Below the pieces are notes generated by a model that saw nothing but the letters and a program-made list of their open reading frames with translations, had not been told where the DNA came from and did no database searches. From positions 742,156 to 806,155 of the forward strand of contig JAAOMT010000523.1 in the NCBI GenBank assembly GCA_016748015.1: a stretch of 64,000 nt of DNA. Reading direction: 5' to 3'. The position numbers and the translations under genes were made by a program. Each line of letters opens with the position of its first letter. Position 1 is the stretch's first letter. Below are positions 27,576 through 41,450 of this stretch, in pieces. This DNA is from Geosiphon pyriformis uo1. Lineage: Eukaryota; Fungi; Glomeromycota.

Positions 27576-28369
27576 TAAATAATTTTTTATAACAAGTTTA
27601 AAAATTTTAAAAATAAAAATATAGCAATTTTTTAGTTATTATTAAACTATTTTTACTTTTAATTAAAAATTTCTTTTTAGTAAAAATTTTTTAGAAAATA
27701 TATTAAAAACAGTTTTAATATTGTTTTTATCATTAATTAAATTTTAACAATAAGCTTGTATTAAAGTTTTTGTTTTTTAGTATTTTTTAATATTATTATT
27801 TTTTAAATAATCAAAAAAATAAAGCCAATAAAAAATTATTATTATTATTATTATTGTTATTATTATTGCTTATAATAACAGCAATTCTTTTTAATTTTTT
27901 TTGGTTTTATTAATTTAATTATTAACAACAGTGTTTTTTTAATTTAAATAACAATAATAATATATGCTTATTAGAATTAATACAAATTATTATTTTTTTT
28001 TTTTTAGGTTAACAAATAAGATTCAATTATTATTTAATATAATACAACAATTAAATATTTTAAATTAAATATAATTTATGTATTTTTTATATATAACCAA
28101 TTACTTAAACCAATTAAGACTATATTATATACTATATTAATTAAAATTTTATTATTTAAACCAAAAAAAAATAAACAAATTTTTTAATTCAAATTTTATA
28201 GCATAATTTTTTAAAATTTTAAGCAACTATATTATATTATTTAATAAGACAATAAAAAAACTATAAATAATATTAAGCATTAAATCATTTTTTAACAACA
28301 AATTTTTTTTTTAATTTAATTCAAAGTTTTAAATTAAACAATTAAATATGTTTTTATAACCAAAAACTT

Positions 28370-29170
28370 CTTTTTTCTATATATTTGAAAATTTTTAAAG
28401 AGCCAATTTTGAAAAAAAAAGTTTTTATTTTTGTTTTTTTTGCTGTTTTATTTTTATAATTTTACAAGATATAAACTTTTTTGTTATTGTATTGACAATA
28501 ATTACTAATAATATCATGTTTAAGAAAAAATTAATTAAAAACATTATTTCAAACTTTATTAATAATAACTTAATATAAAAACCAAAATTGTTTATTAACA
28601 AAATAAAATATTCAAATAACAAAGCAAACTTAAAAATCAAATTATTTATATATAATATTAAACAGTTTAATAATATAAATATAAATTTAAACAATACAAA
28701 AAAAAATTCTTTAAATTTAAATATTGATTATGATATTAGAAATAAGAATAAAAAATTTTTAAATTTTTGTAATAATATTTTCAAAGCTAAACAAATTAAT
28801 ATTGGCAAAATTACAGTTTTTTTTAGTTTTTATAATTTTAATACAGAGAATAAAAGTATATATATCTTTTTTTTTTAAACATTTTTTAAACAAAAAATGA
28901 ATCAATTTCAAAATAATAAAAACTTAAGTAAAAATATCTATTAAAAATTTTTTTTCTCTAAATATTAATTTTTTAATAATTAAAAGTAAATTAATTATAA
29001 TTAAAATACAGACAATTAAGAAAATTTTTTTAAAAGTAAATAGTTTTGAAAAGTTACTATCTTTTTAAAATTTGAAAAAATTATCTAATCTATATTTATA
29101 TTAAAAAACAATATGAAACAAACAGTTTTTTTGGCTAAAAAAAACAAAATTCAGATTAATAGCAATCTTA
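28370..29170 (+). pseudogene. Hyper-AT relic of LINE 5' end and ORF1 N-terminus
   Basis: Reads ..FSLNINF..IKKIFLKVNSFE..KFEKII*SIF..AKKNKIQINSNL, collinear with FALDINL..IRKIFLTINGFG..KFEEIIRSTF..AKEKGIIVNTNL of ORF 11088-11528. Confidence 0.7.
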
Positions 29171-29829
29171 TATAATAAGAAATTTGTTTAAATTAGACTG
29201 TAATAATTAAAAAAATTCTTATAAACATATTAAAAAAAGGATTATCTTAATTCTATTTAATTTTGATTAAATTATATTAATTTAATTATAACTAATTAAA
29301 CTATAACAGAAAACTATGGTAAAATTTGCTAAATCAGATTAAGTTAACAAACTAATTAGAAAATAATTAATACTAATTAAGAAAAATTTGATGTATATAA
29401 TCAAAACTATTACAAATCAAATTATTTGAACTTTTAAAAATTAATTTAAAGCTTTGTTATTTATATTGTTTATAAAAACAACTATAAATAATTTGGATTT
29501 ATTATTAGATAGTACAAATAAAAAAATTTATATTATTAATAAGTTATTTATAATAAGTGCTAAATTTTATTATATAATTGTTTGTTTTGAATTAAAAAAA
29601 AATTTAATATAAATATTTTATATAATTTTTGTTCTTAATAATATTAAACTTTTTTAAACTAGACTAAATCTTATTTATTGTAATAATTGTAATTATTTTA
29701 AATATTTTGTTTTAAAATATAACAATTTAATTTTATAAAGCCATTTGTTAAAAAGTATTTTAAATACAGTTTTTTTGTAAAGAATTATGTAAAAAATAAA
29801 CAATATATACTCTTTGTCTTCTTAATTTT

Positions 29830-32095
29830 ATGACCACAATCAGAGCAAAGAGTAAAAAAACTGTATCTGATATCTTTCTTGAGATATCTAATAAAATTTC
29901 AACCAAAGAAGCTTTCTCTGTAGTAAAAGCGATTAGACAGAATGTTTTAGAAGCCTTTTTTTTACCTGATAATCGTAAAAAGCTGCTTCTGGTAGCTATT
30001 GAAACAACTTTTTTATCTTTGGCTGGTTTTTCACCAGTCAAAGTTCCCTCAAAGAGACACACTTGGATTAGTCTCAATGTTGCCTCCACCCCTATTAAGA
30101 GCCCAAAAGTGTTTAATAATAGACCAGTTAACAAGTTGGTATTTCTTTTTATAGCTTTAACATCTAGTGCTTTTAGCATTTTTTCTTCAAAGAAAATAGT
30201 CAAAAAGACCAAAAGTTCAGAAAAGTGGGAGCAGTCACTTGCTTTTGCTATTGTTACATCAAACTCCTTTGTGGTTCCCAATGAGATCTTAGGTGAAATC
30301 TTTATAGTATCATCTGGCATGTCATCTAAGATGAACCAAAATCAATCATTGGTTGTATTGCCAAATATGGTGTTTTCTGATAGATTATTGCCAGTTTTAG
30401 AAGCAAAACAATTATCTCCAATGGTGTTACCTGTTTTTAAGAACTGGACTGACCAAATAAAAACTGAATTATTTCCTTCTCTGGTTTCTAATACTGCTAC
30501 TGATGGTGCTTAGAAAACTATTATTAGTCATTAAAGATTTGCTGGATAAATGGCCTCCATTCTGGTGCCTGGTGCTACTTTCAAGATCAAATTGGCTCAT
30601 GTTAAGACTGTTTTTCAGTCTGTGCATGGTTTCTTGGGTGCAAAGTCAGTATTAAAAAACAATGTGAAGCTGTTTTGTGTGGAATTTGCTTTTTATGTGT
30701 CTTTAGAAACTGCATTTTTGGTTGAACTTACAAACTCTGTACATTTGGTCACCCTTAAAATTGCCAAGTCTTTGATGGTTTCTGAGTCTGGTTCCCTTTC
30801 TGCTGCTGTTGTACTGTATAATATGTCCTTGGGTGTATCTGTTGCTAATATTAAGACAGCTCTTAATGTGTTTGGTGGTGTTACTCATGTTGTGCTGAAG
30901 CCTGCTGGCATTTGGCAGTATGTGGTGGTTTATTTTGAGAAGTTGAACTCTGCTATGTCTGCTTTGAATTACTGGTCAGTTTTAGTGAGCAAGAATAGTA
31001 TTAGAATCCTCTTTCTGATAAATCAAAATAAGACTATTTTGTTTTGTGATAGATTTAAGGCCAAGTTGATCAATCTTTTTTTTGGATGCACAGCTTTTAA
31101 AATTAGTGATATGATTTCTTAAGTTGGTAGTCAGACATGTTTTATTCCTCATTCTCTTAAGTTTGGTTGTTGTTTCCAGTTTGCTTTGGTTACATTTGGT
31201 TCTCAAGCTAATTTGAATTCTGTTATTGTCAAAACTGGTACACTGAAAAAATGCTGTATTTGGTGGGAAACTCCTAGTTGTTGGCATTGTTTCAAGTGTC
31301 AAGAAATGAACCATCTGGCTGCAGACTGTAAGATTTCTTTATCTTTTCCTCCCAAGTTTCCCAAGATGTTTACACCACACTTTGTTAGTTCTAAGTTTTA
31401 TGTCAAGACTTCTGCTCCCTTAAGCTCCTCTGGATTTCCATCTTTGTCATTTTTTGCTTCTTCTTCAGTTGTTGTTGGTAATCTTTTGGTGCTATTTCAA
31501 TTGTTTTTTTTGAAATCTGATTTAAATAAGCTTTCTGCTTTAATTGAGTCTATTGTTAAGCCTATTGGCTCTTTGGTTACAACTTTTAAACAGTTTATTA
31601 ATGGTGATTTGGTTTCAAGTAGTGTTCTTAATTTTAGGATCAATAAGGTTTTGGTGCATATGAGTTTTTTTAGTAGAACTGTTAATAAGTTGGGAAGAGA
31701 AATAGTTTTTTTGAAAAAAAAAATGCTGCATAGAAGATATTGATATGTCTGATGATTCAAAACTTTCACTTATTATAAGTAATGAAGTGTTTTCCAACTT
31801 AATGTTCTTTGGAAGCATGAGTCTGTTAATATTAAAATTAATTCTTTTAAAACTGCCGAGTGGCTAGTTGAATTGGTTTCTTGTAGTGCAACTTTGTTTT
31901 TTGTTATTCAAAAAATATTGTCTTTGAGTAAGTTTTTTTTTGTAGCATCAATATAGTATGTTCTTAACTGGTCTGAGTGACTGGTTATGTGTGAAAAGTG
32001 CATAATTAGCACTTAGTTTAGATTACTTAGTTTAATGTATTGTTTTAGGTAACTTTTAGGCTTTGCTCATTAAACTTTAATAATAATAAAAAAAT
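29830..32095 (+). mobile_element. LINE-type ORF1-only element (decayed ORF1 ~29830-31957, short 3' UTR, A-rich tail)
   Basis: ORFs 29830-30513, 30550-31122 and 31186-31743 with RRM-like segments and CFKCQEMNHLAADC; ends TAATAATAATAAAAAAA with no ORF2 before the tail. Confidence 0.65.
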
Positions 32096-32099
32096 TCTG

Positions 32100-33700
32100 T
32101 ATATTTTGTATATATTTATGCCAAAAAAAATGTTTTTATTTTTCAACTTTTAGGTTTTAACAGCAAATTTTGAACATAAATAGTCAGTTATAATGCTTTT
32201 AATTCTTTTTTTAATTTTTTATTTAATAGTAATGCTATTTTTGGTGTTAAATTTAATCTTGTTTCTTTTTTTGTTTTATTTTTAGGTGTTTAATTAAGTA
32301 TTTTTAAGTGTTTTTTGGAATTTTTAAATAATAAAGTTATGTAGTTTTTGTTAAACTGAATATTTTTATAACAATTTCTTTTGTAATTTCATATTTTTTT
32401 TATTTACTAATTGTTTTGTCAGAAAATATTGTTTCCTAAGTTAATATATATGTTTTTTTTTCAATCTTATAATAAATAATACTTATTATTTAAATTTTAA
32501 TGATTATAAGATTTTTACTGTTAAAATTACCAAACTAAAATTCAAAATATTGGTATTAAAAGATTTTATTAATGTTTTTTTGATTTGTTTAAACTTTTTG
32601 GTTTCTGATAATAATTTTTTTTTTTATATTCTTTTAATAACTGGTTTTACTTAAAAAATAACCATATATAATATTTAGAATATTAACAATCTTATTAACT
32701 AATTAAATATTATTTAATAATATATAAAATTATACAATTTAATATTAATAGTTTTAAAAACCAAATTATATAGTAAAATTAAACTGTAAATTATAACCAA
32801 ATTTGTTAAAGTTGGTATTTTTATGTTAAATATAGAGTTTAATTATTTGGATTTTAAAGTTGTTATTATAATAAACAATAATTTAATTAGATATATTAGT
32901 AAAATTTTAAAAATAGCTAATTAGCTTTTGTTGATATAACTACTATTTAGAAATAAATTCTTAATTACAATTTTGAATTTATATGTTAATATTACTTTAA
33001 ATAAAAGGCTGGCTTAAATACATAACATTAATTTAATAATTATTATTGCTTTAAATACTAATATATTAGTGGTTTTTAATAATAATTTAAATAAAAATAT
33101 TTTTGATTACTGTACTAATTTTTAGAAATTCGTGAATTTAGGTTTTTTTAATTCTTTTAATAATTTTTTTTAGTAAAAATTATACATAATTCAACTTGAA
33201 AAAAGTTTTAAAATGTATTAATTTTGTTTTAATTAGTAATAAGCTTTATAATTTAATTTTTAACCAATTTATTTATTGATCAAATAAGTATTTTAATATT
33301 AATCACTTTGTAATATTTATAAAAATTAATTTAAAAAATTTTCTTAATTTTCAAATTAATTTAATATATAAACAAGCCAATAAAAACACAAAATTGTTGA
33401 TATTGATAAAAAAATTTAAAAAAAATTTAGTAATTATATATTAGGTTCTGCTTTGCAAATAGTAAATAAATTTAAAGAATAAAAACTAGAAAATAATTTT
33501 AATAAAATATAAATTTTATTTGTTCAAATATTATATTTTGTAACTAATGTTATTTTTTTAATATTTTGGTTTAATAATAACAAAATTGTTAAGCATATAG
33601 TTTTTTCTAAATTTTATTAATTAAAACTATTTATTTTTAAGATATTAAGAATATTTAAAGTTAATAATCAAATAGACTTACAATTTTATTAAACAAATAA
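32100..33700 (+). pseudogene. Hyper-AT relic of LINE ORF1 C-terminus and ORF2 AP endonuclease
   Basis: From ~32655: KITIYNI*NINN..IVLKTKL..IIINNNL..LLFRNKFLITILNLY, collinear with RVATCNIRGMTN..IVTETKL..IIMNNSL..LLFKNKLSIMILGLY (9705-10064). Confidence 0.75.
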
Positions 33701-35230
33701 TGTTACAAATAGATTTTTTAGATAGATTTTTTGAGTAAATTTTAAGTAATTTCTATAACTTGGTATTTAAATTTACTGTAATATATTTTAAAGGTTTCTT
33801 AAAAGTGTCGTATTAAAGTTTTTTGTATAATAAATAATAATTTATTAAATAATAATTGGTTATAAACTCAATAATTTTTTTGGTTTAATAACTAATTTAT
33901 TATGGTATTTATATTTTTTTAATAAGTAATTTTAGTTTTTAACTATATTTATACTTTTTTTTGTTATTTTTTATTAAGCAATTCTTAATGTTGTAATTTT
34001 AACACTTTTTTTTACAATTAATTAATAATTTAAATAACACAATTAATAAAATAATAAAATAATAATTAATATTTTATTAATAGCTATAATTAAAAATTAT
34101 TCTAATATTATTAAGTAGTCATTATAAATATTAATAATATTAATATTATAATAATATAAGTTTTAATATAATAGTCTTAAATTTATTAATTAATAAATAA
34201 GATAAAAATTTTTATTAACCAATTTAATTAATTTAAAATAATTAATAAAGTAGAATAATTAGACTAATTTTAAAATAAGCTTGTTTTGTTGTTTTGTTTA
34301 AATAACTAATTAATAAATTGATATTTTTTGATTTCTACTATTTTTATTATATACAAGAGAATATAAAAAATATTGAACATTTTTATAAATATTTTATATA
34401 AAAAAATTAACTTATCAATCATTAATTTTTTATTATTATATTAAAATACATGTTAATATTTTGTTTAACTTCTATTTATTTTAAGAATAACATGAATTTA
34501 ACATAGTATAAACTTGATTAAATTACAATAGTAATTTATAAATATCACATCTCATTTTTTTTAATTTATTGTTTCAATTATATAATATTTAAGGGTTGTA
34601 AATTATGTTAACAAATTTTAACTTTAATATATGACCAAAAATTTTTTATTGGAGTAATATTAAGACTTTGTGTTGGCCAAAGAAGTAATTTAATATTTAA
34701 AAAAACAAAAAAAACATGTAACTTTTGATGTATGAATTAATGTATTGTCTTTCTAAAAAAAAACTTTTTTTTGGTTTTTTTTGCATAAAGTTTTACTAGA
34801 AAATTGCATAATTAGTCAAAATTTTGTGATATATAACTCTAACTAAAACTAAAAAACTTAAACCAACTTATAAAAAACATTTTCAAAACATGTGACCAAA
34901 GCTTTTTTTAACTGTAGTTATAATACAATTTTTATAAAATTTTTTAGAAGATTTATGCTATATATATTCAAATTTTGTAATTTTAAATTGTATATATATA
35001 GATTTATTTGACTAAACAACTTATTTAAAAATTTTTATTGTTTAATTTTCATAAGTACAAATCTATTGTAAATGTTTTATTTTATTTGATTTTTAAAATA
35101 AGATTAAAATATTTAAAAAAGAAGTAATATTTGTTCTTTTTTGTGTTTTTTTTATTTGTTAAAACTACTTGTTTTTATATATATTTTCTAATTTTAAAAG
35201 ATTGTTTTCAATTACTTGTTATTATTAGTT

Positions 35231-35385
35231 ATTATTTGCTATTTCTATTATAACTTTATTTTTTTATAGTATAACTAATTATCTTATGTTATAACTAATT
35301 ATTTTGTGCTATTTTATGTTATTGTGTATTATTTTGTATTATTTTAAATTGTCTTATATTATTTTGTATTATTTTATATTATCAC
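35231..35385. repeat. Degenerate 10-bp tandem repeat (ATTTTGTATT-like)
   Basis: About 15 units with 10-bp periodicity. Confidence 0.6.
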
Positions 35386-37143
35386 ATTTTTTTAATGTTA
35401 TTATGTATTAATTATATTTTTTTACTAATTTTAGATTAGTTTTCTACTTAGATAGTACTACTATTTTAGAGTTTTTTTTAAAGCTATTCTTGTAATTATC
35501 TAATATAGTTTTTTAATTTAGAAACATAAAATATTAATAATCTTTAACATTTTTCTTAATTTTACAATAAAGTTTTTATTAATTAGTAATAATATAAATA
35601 ATTTTGATTAAAAATTATTTTTTTAAGAGATTTGGTTAATAAATAATAATTTTATTTAATAAATAACACAAGTAAGTTTCATAATACTTTAAATTATAAT
35701 AATTCTGTTTTTAATATTATTTTTGATTTCTTTTTAATTTAAAAGTTTTTTTAAAAGTTTATTAGAAGTAAAAACTAACAGATAGTTAAAATAAAAAATT
35801 GAAATTTGGCAAAATTAAACTGTTAAATTAATTGTTGTTTTTTTTAATATTAAAGTTACTATATATATTTGTAGTTTTATAAAAAAACACATTATAATAT
35901 TCTCTTTTTGATATCTTAATTTAGTGTTTATTGCTATTATCAGTTAATACTTATTATTATTATAAGTTTGTATTTGCTGCTATTATAAGATAATAATTGT
36001 TACTATATTAATTATTGTTTTTTTAAAATTATTATGTTATATTATAATTAAATAATTTATATTATTTTGTAATTTTTTTGTTAAATTCTTAAACTGTAAT
36101 AATACTTTGAAAAAAAACAAAAAAATTTGGTTGGTATTTTAAAATATGCACAAAGTACAGTAAATTCTCTTTATAATCACACTTTTTGGTCAACACATTT
36201 GTGGTAACTATAAAGAGATAAGACTATAAAAAATGATTAATATTTTATCACATAATCTATATATCACATGTATAATATAATAACCAATTATATATATTTT
36301 ATTTAAAAAAGCCATCTATTTGCAACTGTTTTTTCTCTTCTTAAACTTTGAGAACAGTATTACAAATTAATGTTTTCAAAGTTTTAAAAAAGTTTGAATC
36401 AATTTTTTCACTATACTGCTCTTCACAATAATGCAATGTATCTTCAAGTGCAATTTTACTTTAATGTGTAGATAGCAAAGACAAAGATTTATATTTATTT
36501 TCACTTTCTAAATCTTCATTTGCATTAGAATTTTTACTATACTTGTTGTTAATAAAATCCACAATTTCATCCTCTGAGGCATAAGTGAATAATAGTTCAA
36601 ACTTGTCAATATTAACATGCTCAATAAAAACTTATATTTCTTGTAGGAATTCTTGTTCAATATTTAATAGATGGGCTAACATTTGACTATTATTCAGAAT
36701 TCCTATATAATGCCAACAGTTTTGGATTGTAGTTGTTGTTACTATTGACCATGCATTAATTAGAAAGTCAATTGCATCCTTTAATATTACTGTTAATATT
36801 GGAATCTTGTCATCATACTGATTAATAAAATGGAAAAGAAACAACTTTCAGTATTGTGCCTTAAAAGATGCAATAATTCCTGCATTTAATGGTTGCAAAT
36901 GGGATGTTGTATTGAATAATAGATATCTAATTATAATATTAGATAATATGAAAGGTTCTCTATCATAGAGATTAGCATTATCAAGCAATAGCAAAATTTT
37001 TTTTTTCTTACAACATATTTCTTCATTTAATAAATTAAGTCATTGACTAAAAATATCAGTTTGCATCCATGTTTTTGTATTGTAATGATAAGTAATTGGA
37101 AATACATTTATATTAATATTGCAAAAACATTGTGGCTTTGCAA

Positions 37144-37974
37144 TATTACAGGTGATTATTTGAGGTCTCAAATTAAATAACAAACCTGTAACTTAGTACT
37201 TAATTGATAGAATTGTTGGTAATATCTGAAGATGTTGTTTTATCTGAAAGTTTTGTTGTGGAGTTTTTTGTATAATGAACAAAAATTTAATTGTTATCTT
37301 CCCAGTAGCCTCCCGGAATCACAATTCCATCAAATTTTTTTTTCAGCATAGTGGCTGGTAATCTGGCAGAGATGCCCTTCTGGTAAGCTATCTGTTAATA
37401 TATATAATTCCTATACCCTTCCTATAGGGTCTTTTACCAAGTTATTCTTAATGTTAATAACTTAGTGCTTAATCTTCAATCAATTAGTAAAACAAAGAAA
37501 ATAAACAAAAGCAATTGCAAATTAGTATCCTGTTAATAGTTATGATCAAGAGCTATTGTTCTAGCATAGTTAAGTATCAATTACTATCAACATGAAGTGT
37601 TGATAGTGGAGGATGAATTGAGATAGTAAATAATTATTTATTAATATTTGTGAATTTGAAAGATTGCTTAGATTAAATCTAAATGAGAAGGTTTCTAACT
37701 AAAAAATTCTGTCTTTTTCTGCTTCTATTATTACTGCTATATATACATAATTGAGATTTCTTAATTCCTCAATTTTTTACACCAGGAATCTTGCAATTCT
37801 TTTTGAGAAGAATCCTGAAATTCTGAAATCTTGCGATTCCTTATATGAGAATTCTGAAATTTCTGGAATCCTGCAATTCCTTTTGAGAAAAATTCTGGAA
37901 TTCTACATTTACTATGGCTACTTCTGATTGGCTAATTTATGCTAATATATACTTCCTATATTCTATGAGTAATA
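37144..37974 (-). repeat. 3' LTR of G2
   Basis: Direct repeat of 46343-47209; purine tract AAAAGAAAGGAATAA (minus strand, 37975-37989) abuts it. Confidence 0.92.
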
Positions 37975-37988
37975 TTATTCCTTTCTTT

Positions 37989-38645
37989 TTAATATTGAGC
38001 TTCGTTGAGATCTTTTAAATCTCCTAACTTTAATTCTCCATCTTTGAGTATTTCTTGAACTTCTTTTTCGAGAATTACTTGTGTTATTTTGTTCTGTAAT
38101 TTTTCAAATTGGGTGTTAGTTATTTTTCCCATTTGGTTAACTATAATAGAGTCCATTTTTGGATTAAGTAAAATTTCTGGTCTGTCTTGGAATCCAGTAT
38201 GCAATCAATAGATAGCTCTTATATGTGTTGTTAGATTGTTCTTTTCCACAAATTGTTCCAGTTGTTGCAGTATTGTTGTGTCAAATAATTGTTTTGTTTT
38301 ATCTGTGTATAAGTTCTGAATATTCAAGCATCATTCCAAGTGGAAATAACAAAAGTTTCTTGGAAATTTGTGTATTCATCATTTCCAAGTTTCTTTGGTT
38401 AACTCTTGATATGTGGTGACACTTGTTGGTTCTTCTATTGCTAATTTTATTTTCAGAACTATTTTGTTAATATTGTTTTCTGTTTTTCTTTGACTTTTGT
38501 ATTTGGGTATTTTTCTGGTATCTTGGTATTAAATAGTTTGTTGATTAATGATGATTTCTATATTCTGTTGTTGAATCAGTTGGAAGAGTTGTTGTGTTAG
38601 TAAGTGGATATTGTTAGTAATTTCCATTTTTCTGAAGTTTTCCAT
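37989..38645 (-). pseudogene. Extra ~218-codon ORF between integrase and PPT of G2
   Basis: ATG at 38645 is in frame with ORF 37989-38204; interrupted only by a few in-frame stops. Confidence 0.6.
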
Positions 38646-38699
38646 TGCATCTACTATGTTTTTATATACTTTTTTTATTGTTCAATTTTATGTGTTTGG

Positions 38700-40050
38700 T
38701 TTAATGATGATAATTGGTTCCAGATCTCATGAAATCTCATCTGGTTGTACTAGTATTCTCTGTACTTCTAATTGTAGAATATTACTGGTAGATGGTAATA
38801 CTATATGGTGATATGGTTTCAATCAATCACCATATGCTGCTTTGTCTAAAATTTTGTTGTCCCATCTTAATTTATAAGCTCTATTTTCAAGAATTTCTTC
38901 TATGTGAAATGGTCCATCCTATTTGGGGTCAAATTTTTCACTCCATTGTTTTTCCACTTTGGTATGATGTAAAAATACTTTGTCTCCAATTTTGAATTCA
39001 ACTGGTTTGTCTGGTAGTTGGTTATCATGTTTTTCTTGTGACTTTTGGATATTATCAGTTGCTTTTCACTGTTTATTTTCTAGTGTTTCCATTAAGTTAT
39101 ATGTTCTTCTTAGCAACATTTCCTGAAAATTGTCTTCAATTATTGGTTTTGTTGGATAAATGGTAACTTTTATCTCAACTGGTAATGTTGCTGTTCTACT
39201 GTATACTAATTTAAATGGTGTTATTTGTGTAGTGTCTTGCTTCATTGTCCGATAAACAAATAATACTAATAGTATAAACAAGTTTCATTCATCCTGGTTT
39301 TTTTGACTGATCTTGGCAATTGCTTTACACAGTGTTTTATTGAATTTTTTTACTAATTTATTGGTTTGTAGATGGTATGGTAATAACAATAGTCTTTTGA
39401 TTCCAAATCTTTGACTTAATTCTGTCAATGTTCTGTTCACAAAGTGGGTTTTTTGATCTAATAGTAGTTCTTTTGGACATCTATGTTGACAGATCAAATC
39501 TTGATGGACGAATTTGGCAAAGAATTCTGCATTTGCTCTTTGAATGGCTTTTGCTTCTGGCCATTTTGTGAGATAATTCATGGCTATTACAATATATCTG
39601 TTGCTTTTGCTGGTGATTGTTAATAGTCTAACTAAGTCAATTCCAATATGGTCAAATGGTTGTCCCACTTTAATTGGTTTTAATGGTTTACTGGGTTTTG
39701 TTCTACCTCTTTTTTGACAAGCATTACAACTTTGAACATATTGGATGATGTCTGAATACATTGATGGCCAATAGTATTTTTTTCTGGTCCTTTCCATGGT
39801 TGCTTCTTTATGAAAATGTTCTGCTGTTGGGTCTGAGTACATGTTAAATAATATTGTCTCTTCTCCAGTTCTGTAATTACTTTGGTTGGTTGGTCTGGAT
39901 TTTTTTTGTTCTTCCAATAAAATATATTTTGATAGTTAATAAAATGTTTTGATTGCTGTTTTATGTTGTTTTGTTCTTTTTGAGATAATTTCTTCTTGAA
40001 CAATTGGGTATTTATATAATGTTAGAGTTGTTGGTATTTTTGTATATTTA
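38700..40050 (-). pseudogene. Integrase of G2
   Basis: ORF 39285-39917: KYYWP..CNACQK, PFDHIGIDL, YLTKWPEA, PYHLQTNKLV. Confidence 0.92.
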
Positions 40051-40081
40051 TCTTTTGTTATATTTTTGGGTTAAAATGTTT

Positions 40082-41450
40082 TTAGATTTGTTTCATTTGT
40101 AACAATCCATCAGTATTTTCATTGTTTTTTTCCTTTTTGTAATGTACTGTATAATTAAATGGTGAAAGTTCTATTTTCTATCTGGCATGGTGATCATCTC
40201 CAAATTTTTGTTTCTGGATTGAAATTAATCCTTTGTGATTAGTGTATACATCAAACTTCTGACTCAAGTATTCTTTCTATTTAATAAAGGCCCAATAGAT
40301 AGCTAAGTGTTCCAGTGCTGGAGTTCCATAGTTTTTTTCTGCTGGACTTAAGCTTCTACTGGCATAAGCTACTAAATGCTCTCTTTCATCCAGTCTTCTT
40401 TGCGATAGTACTGTTCCCAATACTTGACCAGATGCATTGGTTGTTATTATGAATAGCTTGCTGTGATCTGGATAGATCAATATTGGGGCTTGAATAAGCT
40501 TTCTTCTCAATATATCAAAAGCTTCTTGTTGAGTTTCAGTCCATTCATATTTGGTGTTCTTTGTTTGGAGTTGGTATAGTAGTTGAGTTATTTTGGAAAA
40601 GTCTTTAATAAAGTGGCAGTAGTATCCAGCAAATCCCAAGAATGCTCTTAATTCTGTGAGATTATTTGGTACTGGAAAGTTCTTGACAATTTCAATTTTG
40701 TCTGAATCTGTTTTGATTTCATTTTTGCTCATCACATGTCCCAAAAACTTGAGTTCAGTTTTTCCAAAGAAACATTTAGTTGCATTTAGTTTCAATTCAG
40801 CTCTTCTTAATCTTTCAAATACTTGTTGGAGATAATGCAGATGATCATTGAATGTTTTTGAGAACATATTGGTATTATCCAAATATACAACTACTAATTT
40901 CCATAGTAATCCAGTATAGACAATTTCCATGAACTGTTGGAATGTTGCTGAAGTGTTCATCAAGCCAAATGGCATGACTTCAAACTCAAAATTTTTTTTT
41001 TTGTGGTAAATATTGTTTTCTCTTTGTTGGCTGGGTTCATGACTATTTGCCAGTAATCACTATCTAAATCCAGTATCAAGAACCATTTATTTCCTCCAAA
41101 AGCATTGAATAGTTTTTGGATCTTTGGAGTTGGATAACTATCACCTTTAGTTACTTCATTCAGTTTTTGATAATCCATACAAAAACGGATTTTTCCATTT
41201 TTCTTCTGGACTAGTACTATTGGTGATGACCATGGACTTATTAATGACTGAATTAGTCTATTGTCAAGCATCTAATTGATTTCTTGATAAATGATCTCAT
41301 GGCTAGTTAGTGGTACTTTATATGCTCTTTGTTTAATTAGCATTGCATTTTCAGTCTTAATCTAATATTGGATGATGTTGATGTGGCCAAATTTATTTTT
41401 GCTAGCAAAGATGTCATTGCAATTGCTGAGTAATATCTTTAGTTGCATCT
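40082..41450 (-). pseudogene. RT and RNase H of G2
   Basis: SPWSSPIVLV, RFCMDY, MPFGLMN, YLDN, FLGH, AYASRSLSPAEKNY. Confidence 0.93.

Noticed and set aside
28425-28878. Very AT-rich ORFs suggesting a mitochondrial insertion or membrane protein
   Set aside because: The plus frame aligns with LINE ORF1; the I/N/K/F bias results from hypermutation.
33700-36150. Further TE relics in the AT-rich stretch (also 27200-28350)
   Set aside because: Probably decayed repeats, but no convincing alignment could be made by eye.
37989-38645. Calling the 3' ORF an envelope gene
   Set aside because: Short, with no signal peptide, transmembrane segment or cleavage motif.
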